Assembly (NCBI GenBank): GCA_963805945.1
Contig: CAWDVP010000003.1
Span: 166,762-230,761, forward strand
DNA length: 64,000 nucleotides
Source of the DNA: Vulcanimicrobiota bacterium
Lineage (GTDB): Bacteria; Vulcanimicrobiota; Vulcanimicrobiia; Eremiobacterales; Eremiobacteraceae
Direction of reading: 5' to 3'
Part shown: positions 60,218 through 64,000 of the stretch, in pieces
Layout of the letters: every line of letters begins with the position of its first letter
Position numbering within the stretch: position 1 is the first letter of the stretch
Program-made: the position numbers and the translations under genes
The notes under the pieces: generated by a model
What the model was told of the DNA's origin: nothing
The model's input: only the letters and a program-made list of their open reading frames with translations
The model's database searches: none

Positions 60218-63200
60218 ATGCGATCAAGACACACCCTCTGGCGAATCACAACGTTGCTTACGCTTCTGGTCACGCTCCTGATCCAGGGAACATGGGCACT
60301 GGCAGGGGTCACCGGAGGGTTAAGCGGCGTTGCGAAGCTCGAAGGGACGGAGCAACCTATCGCAGGTGCGAAGGTCACCGCCTCCTCCGCCAGTCAAACT
60401 TCCTCAACCCTAACAGACTCATCGGGTCACTTCGGTTTCGTCTCTTTGGTGCCGGACACGTATAGAGTGACCGTCTCTAAAGAAGGCTCGATCGAGACAT
60501 TCATCCAGAACGGCGTCACCGTGCTGGCTGACCAGGTCGCCAACATCTTCATCCTCGCGAAGCCCGCGATCAAGACGATCGGCACAGTGACCACGCGTGC
60601 GTCATCCGACCTCGTCAAACCCGGCACCACGTCTGACGTCTACAACGTCAACGAGAAGGCGCAGGCTCGTACGGCGGTGCTCGGCGGCGGCGGCAGCTCG
60701 GACCAGGGCTACTCGGCGATCGCCGCGCTTCCGGGCGCGTACGTCTCGCCAGGCCAGTCCGGCTGGTTCCAAGACGTCTATATCCGCGGCGGCGACTACG
60801 ATCAGGTGGGCTATGAGTTCGACGGCGTGCCGGTCAACCGGTCGTTCGACAACTACCCGACCACCAATCTGTCGGCGCTCGGCCAACAGGAACTCCAGCT
60901 GTACACGGGCGCATCGCCCGCATCGGCTGAATCGTCAGGCCTTGCCGGTTACATCAACCAGGTCATCAAGACCGGCACCTACCCGGGTTTCGGCGCCATC
61001 AACCTCGGCATCGGCGGCCCGAACCTGTACAACAAGGCCAACATCGAGTTCGGCGGCGCGACGCCCAACCGTAACTTCTCGTACTACATCGCCGCTGGTC
61101 TCGTGGACTATGCGCCGACGTACATCGACACCAGCCAGGGCGCGAGTTACACGCAGACCGCGGGCACGCCGTTCGACATCGGTGTCGATCCAAACGGCGG
61201 CGGCCCTGGCATCGCGGGTTGCGGCGCTGCGACCAGCGACAGCTACGGCGGATGCTACGCGAACCGCGCGTACTTCGGCGCACTGCCGATCGGTCCGGGC
61301 GGCTACCAGATGGGCCCGTTCACGATAGGTGAGGCTGTGGGAAGCCACCTGACGGACCGCGAGAGCATCTTCAACTTCCACTTCGGCATCCCGCATAAGC
61401 ACGATGCCGGCAAGGACGACATCCAGTTCCTCTACAACACGTTCTTGCTCTACACGTACTATTACGGCTCGATCAATGACTGGGGCGGCCCGTCGTATTA
61501 CAACACGGACTATGCGACGTGCTTCAACTGCCCAGGTCAGACGTTCGTGGGCGGCCGGCAGTACATGCCGGGCGTCGGCGGGCTGTTCACGTCGGCCGAT
61601 CCGACGCAGGCAGCCAACGTCGCCAACTACGGCTATCCGAGCGAAGGCGCAGCGGGCCTCGGCGGACCGATCGCGCTGAACCATCAAGACACGGCCGACA
61701 ACGGCCAGAACATCTACAAGCTGCAGTGGCAGCGCAACATCGGCACGAGCTCGTATTTCCGCCTCTACGGCTACATCTTCTACTCGTGGTGGTTCTTGCA
61801 CGGTGCGAATACCTCGCAGGCCACCTACGCGGGATGCTGCCCTGGCGACTACGAGCTGTGGACGCACACGCGCGGCTTGTCCGCCCAGTACGTCAACCAG
61901 CTCTCGAACAAGCACTTGCTCAACGTCGAAGGTTCGTACTCGACGGCGAGCACCGTGCGCGACAACAACACGCAGATGGACCAGTGCTTCGGTCCGAACC
62001 TCACCGGGTGCGGCGGCACGCGCACACGCTTCGGGTTCTTGGTGGACGCAGCGAATCCGACGGACGGCATCTGCCGCAATAGCGGCGCGCCGGGCGTCGC
62101 GTATTCGTGCGAACCCAGCAATCCGGGTACCGTGCGTCCGAGCATCCTGACCTTCAGTCAGGTCCAAGCTAGCGGCATCCCGGCTCCGGGAAATACCTGC
62201 GGAGCGTCGGGCACGGCCGCGTGCGCATGGCTGATCGGTGAGAGCGGCCCCTACGCGACGTACAATCGGTCACCCCGCGCTTCTGGGCCGTTTCGGCGCA
62301 AGACACGTGGAAACCGAACGACAAGCTGAACCTCAACTTCGGCTTGCGCGACGACGTCTACACGTTCTTGTACTCCCCGACGGGCGGCGGCACGCGCAAC
62401 TTCTGGTTCAACGCGTGGAACGCCACGAACTGCGCGAACCCGCTGTTCAACGGCGGCTCGCCGTTCGACATGACCAACGCGACCTCGGTCGGCTTAGCCA
62501 ACCAGCAGGCGGGTTCGCCATGCTCGAACTACGGCGCAGGCTTCGTGCCCGCGACCATCACCAACGGCACCGCCAACGGCGGCAGCATCACCTACAACGA
62601 GATCGAGCCCCGCATCGGCGGCACGTACACGTTCGGCCCCGACGACGTCCTGCGGTTCTCCGCCGGCCGTTACTCGCAGGCCGCCAACGCGGCGTTCCAG
62701 CAGTACAACTCGCTGCAGCAGAACCTGCCGAATGCGCTGCTCGGTTCGCTCTTCTACAAGTTCGGGTTCACGACGCCGAACCACATCATCCGGCCGTCGA
62801 TCTCGAACAACTACGACATCTCGATCGAGCACCGCTTCGCCAACTCGCAGACGTCGTTCAAGCTGACGCCGTTCCTGCGCCAGACGACGGACCAGGTGCA
62901 ACAGATCTTCATCGACCCGAAGACGGCCTTCGTATCCGGCCTCAACGCCGGCCGCGAGACCAACACGGGCCTTGAGTTCATGCTCAACCTCGGCAACTTC
63001 AATGCCAACGGCTGGGCCGGACAACTCGCGTATACCTATACGAAGAGCACGATCAAATACTCGACGCTGCCCAACGGCGGCACCGTGCTCGACTCCGACA
63101 ATCAGGACATCCAGAACTACAACACGTTCACGTCCGCATGCAACGGCGTCGCAGGTTCGACGAACCCGCTCAGCCTATGCGGTGTGAACGGCGGCGGCGC

Positions 63201-63969
63201 GCACTCGTTCCCGTGCTTCGACACCGCTGGCGTCGGCCAGACGGTCTGCACGGCGGCCGACAACGCCAACCCGTACTACAACCTCCCTGCGCAACCGACG
63301 ATCAATCCTGGTCAGTCGTTCGCTCCGTACGACATCGTGCCGGCGGGCGTGCAACTGTCTTCACAAGGCTACGTGACGCCGAATGCCGCGACCGCAGTCG
63401 TGCAATGGAAGCACGACAAGTGGAGCTTCATCCCCGCGTTCCAGTTCCACTCAGGTCAGGTGTACGGCTCACCGGAGACCATGAACGGGTTCAACCCGAT
63501 GACCTGCGGCGCACCGCTCGCGAGCGCGGTCGCAGGCGATCCTCGCTACCCGGCAGGCGGCTCTGGTGCCCCGGCCGACGCGACGACCTGCACGGGTGCG
63601 ATCGTCATCCCGAACACGTTCACGGGCAAGTTCGACAGCATCGGTGCGTTCACGCAGCCGAGCCAATTCGCCGGCTTCATGACCATCGCGTACGATGCGA
63701 CACCTCGCGTGTCGTATAACGTCGGCCTGACGAACATCTTCAACACCTGCTTCGGCGGGTCGGTTGAACCGTGGACGAACGGCGACCATCATACCTGCGC
63801 GTACGGCGACCGGCAAGGCAACGTGCCGCCGGTGGGCAACTTCTACAATCCGGACTCCACGATACAAGCGTGGGCGAAGTATCCGTATCAGCAGTTCGCC
63901 ACGACGAACGGCTTGATCGGCTACACCACCCCGTTCGGCGTATCGTTCGGCGTCAACGTCAAGCTCTGA
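60218..63969 (+). CDS. Large Cys-rich TonB-dependent-receptor-like outer membrane protein (frameshift near 62270)
   Basis: Signal peptide ending WALA; carboxypeptidase-regulatory-like N-domain; plug YIRGG..DGVPVN; LNFGLR, EPRIGGTY; terminal beta strand FGVNVKL. Confidence 0.85.
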
Positions 63970-64000
63970 AGTCGAGCGAGACGACCACGACGAAGAGGCC

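Overview
High-GC bacterial chromosome segment made mostly of housekeeping genes: efp-plsY-der, miaB-mutS-(GGDEF)-mutL-miaA-hfq-dapF, uvrC, tmRNA, tRNA-Pro, amidase-murI, secG, oppDF, topA-trmFO-hslV, pntAB, hslU-def-fmt-rsmB-FHA-PP2C-rodA. Firmicutes-like gene order together with a giant TonB-dependent-receptor-like gene suggests a diderm Terrabacteria lineage, possibly Eremiobacterota/WPS-2 (inference only). Many genes are broken by 1-bp indels, densest at 37.2-42 kb and 45.8-46.7 kb, which look like long-read consensus errors. No CRISPR array, prophage, rRNA or transposase was seen. Best leads: (1) a module at 58.3-64 kb in which a receiver-less OmpR-type winged-helix gene and the downstream Cys-rich TonB-receptor-like gene share a 20-bp-periodic operator placed at the identical distance from near-identical extended -10 boxes, flanked by a structured RNA candidate and a cytoplasmic anthrax-LF/PPEP/MtfA-like HEXXH protein; (2) a wHTH + nucleotidyltransferase (AbiE/MenAT-like) gene pair with twin palindromic operators; (3) a MurI lacking its first catalytic Cys; (4) a GTAG-type REP family that supplies stop codons and brackets trmFO; (5) a hidden Lys/Arg/Ala-rich histone-H1-like reading frame divergent from topA.
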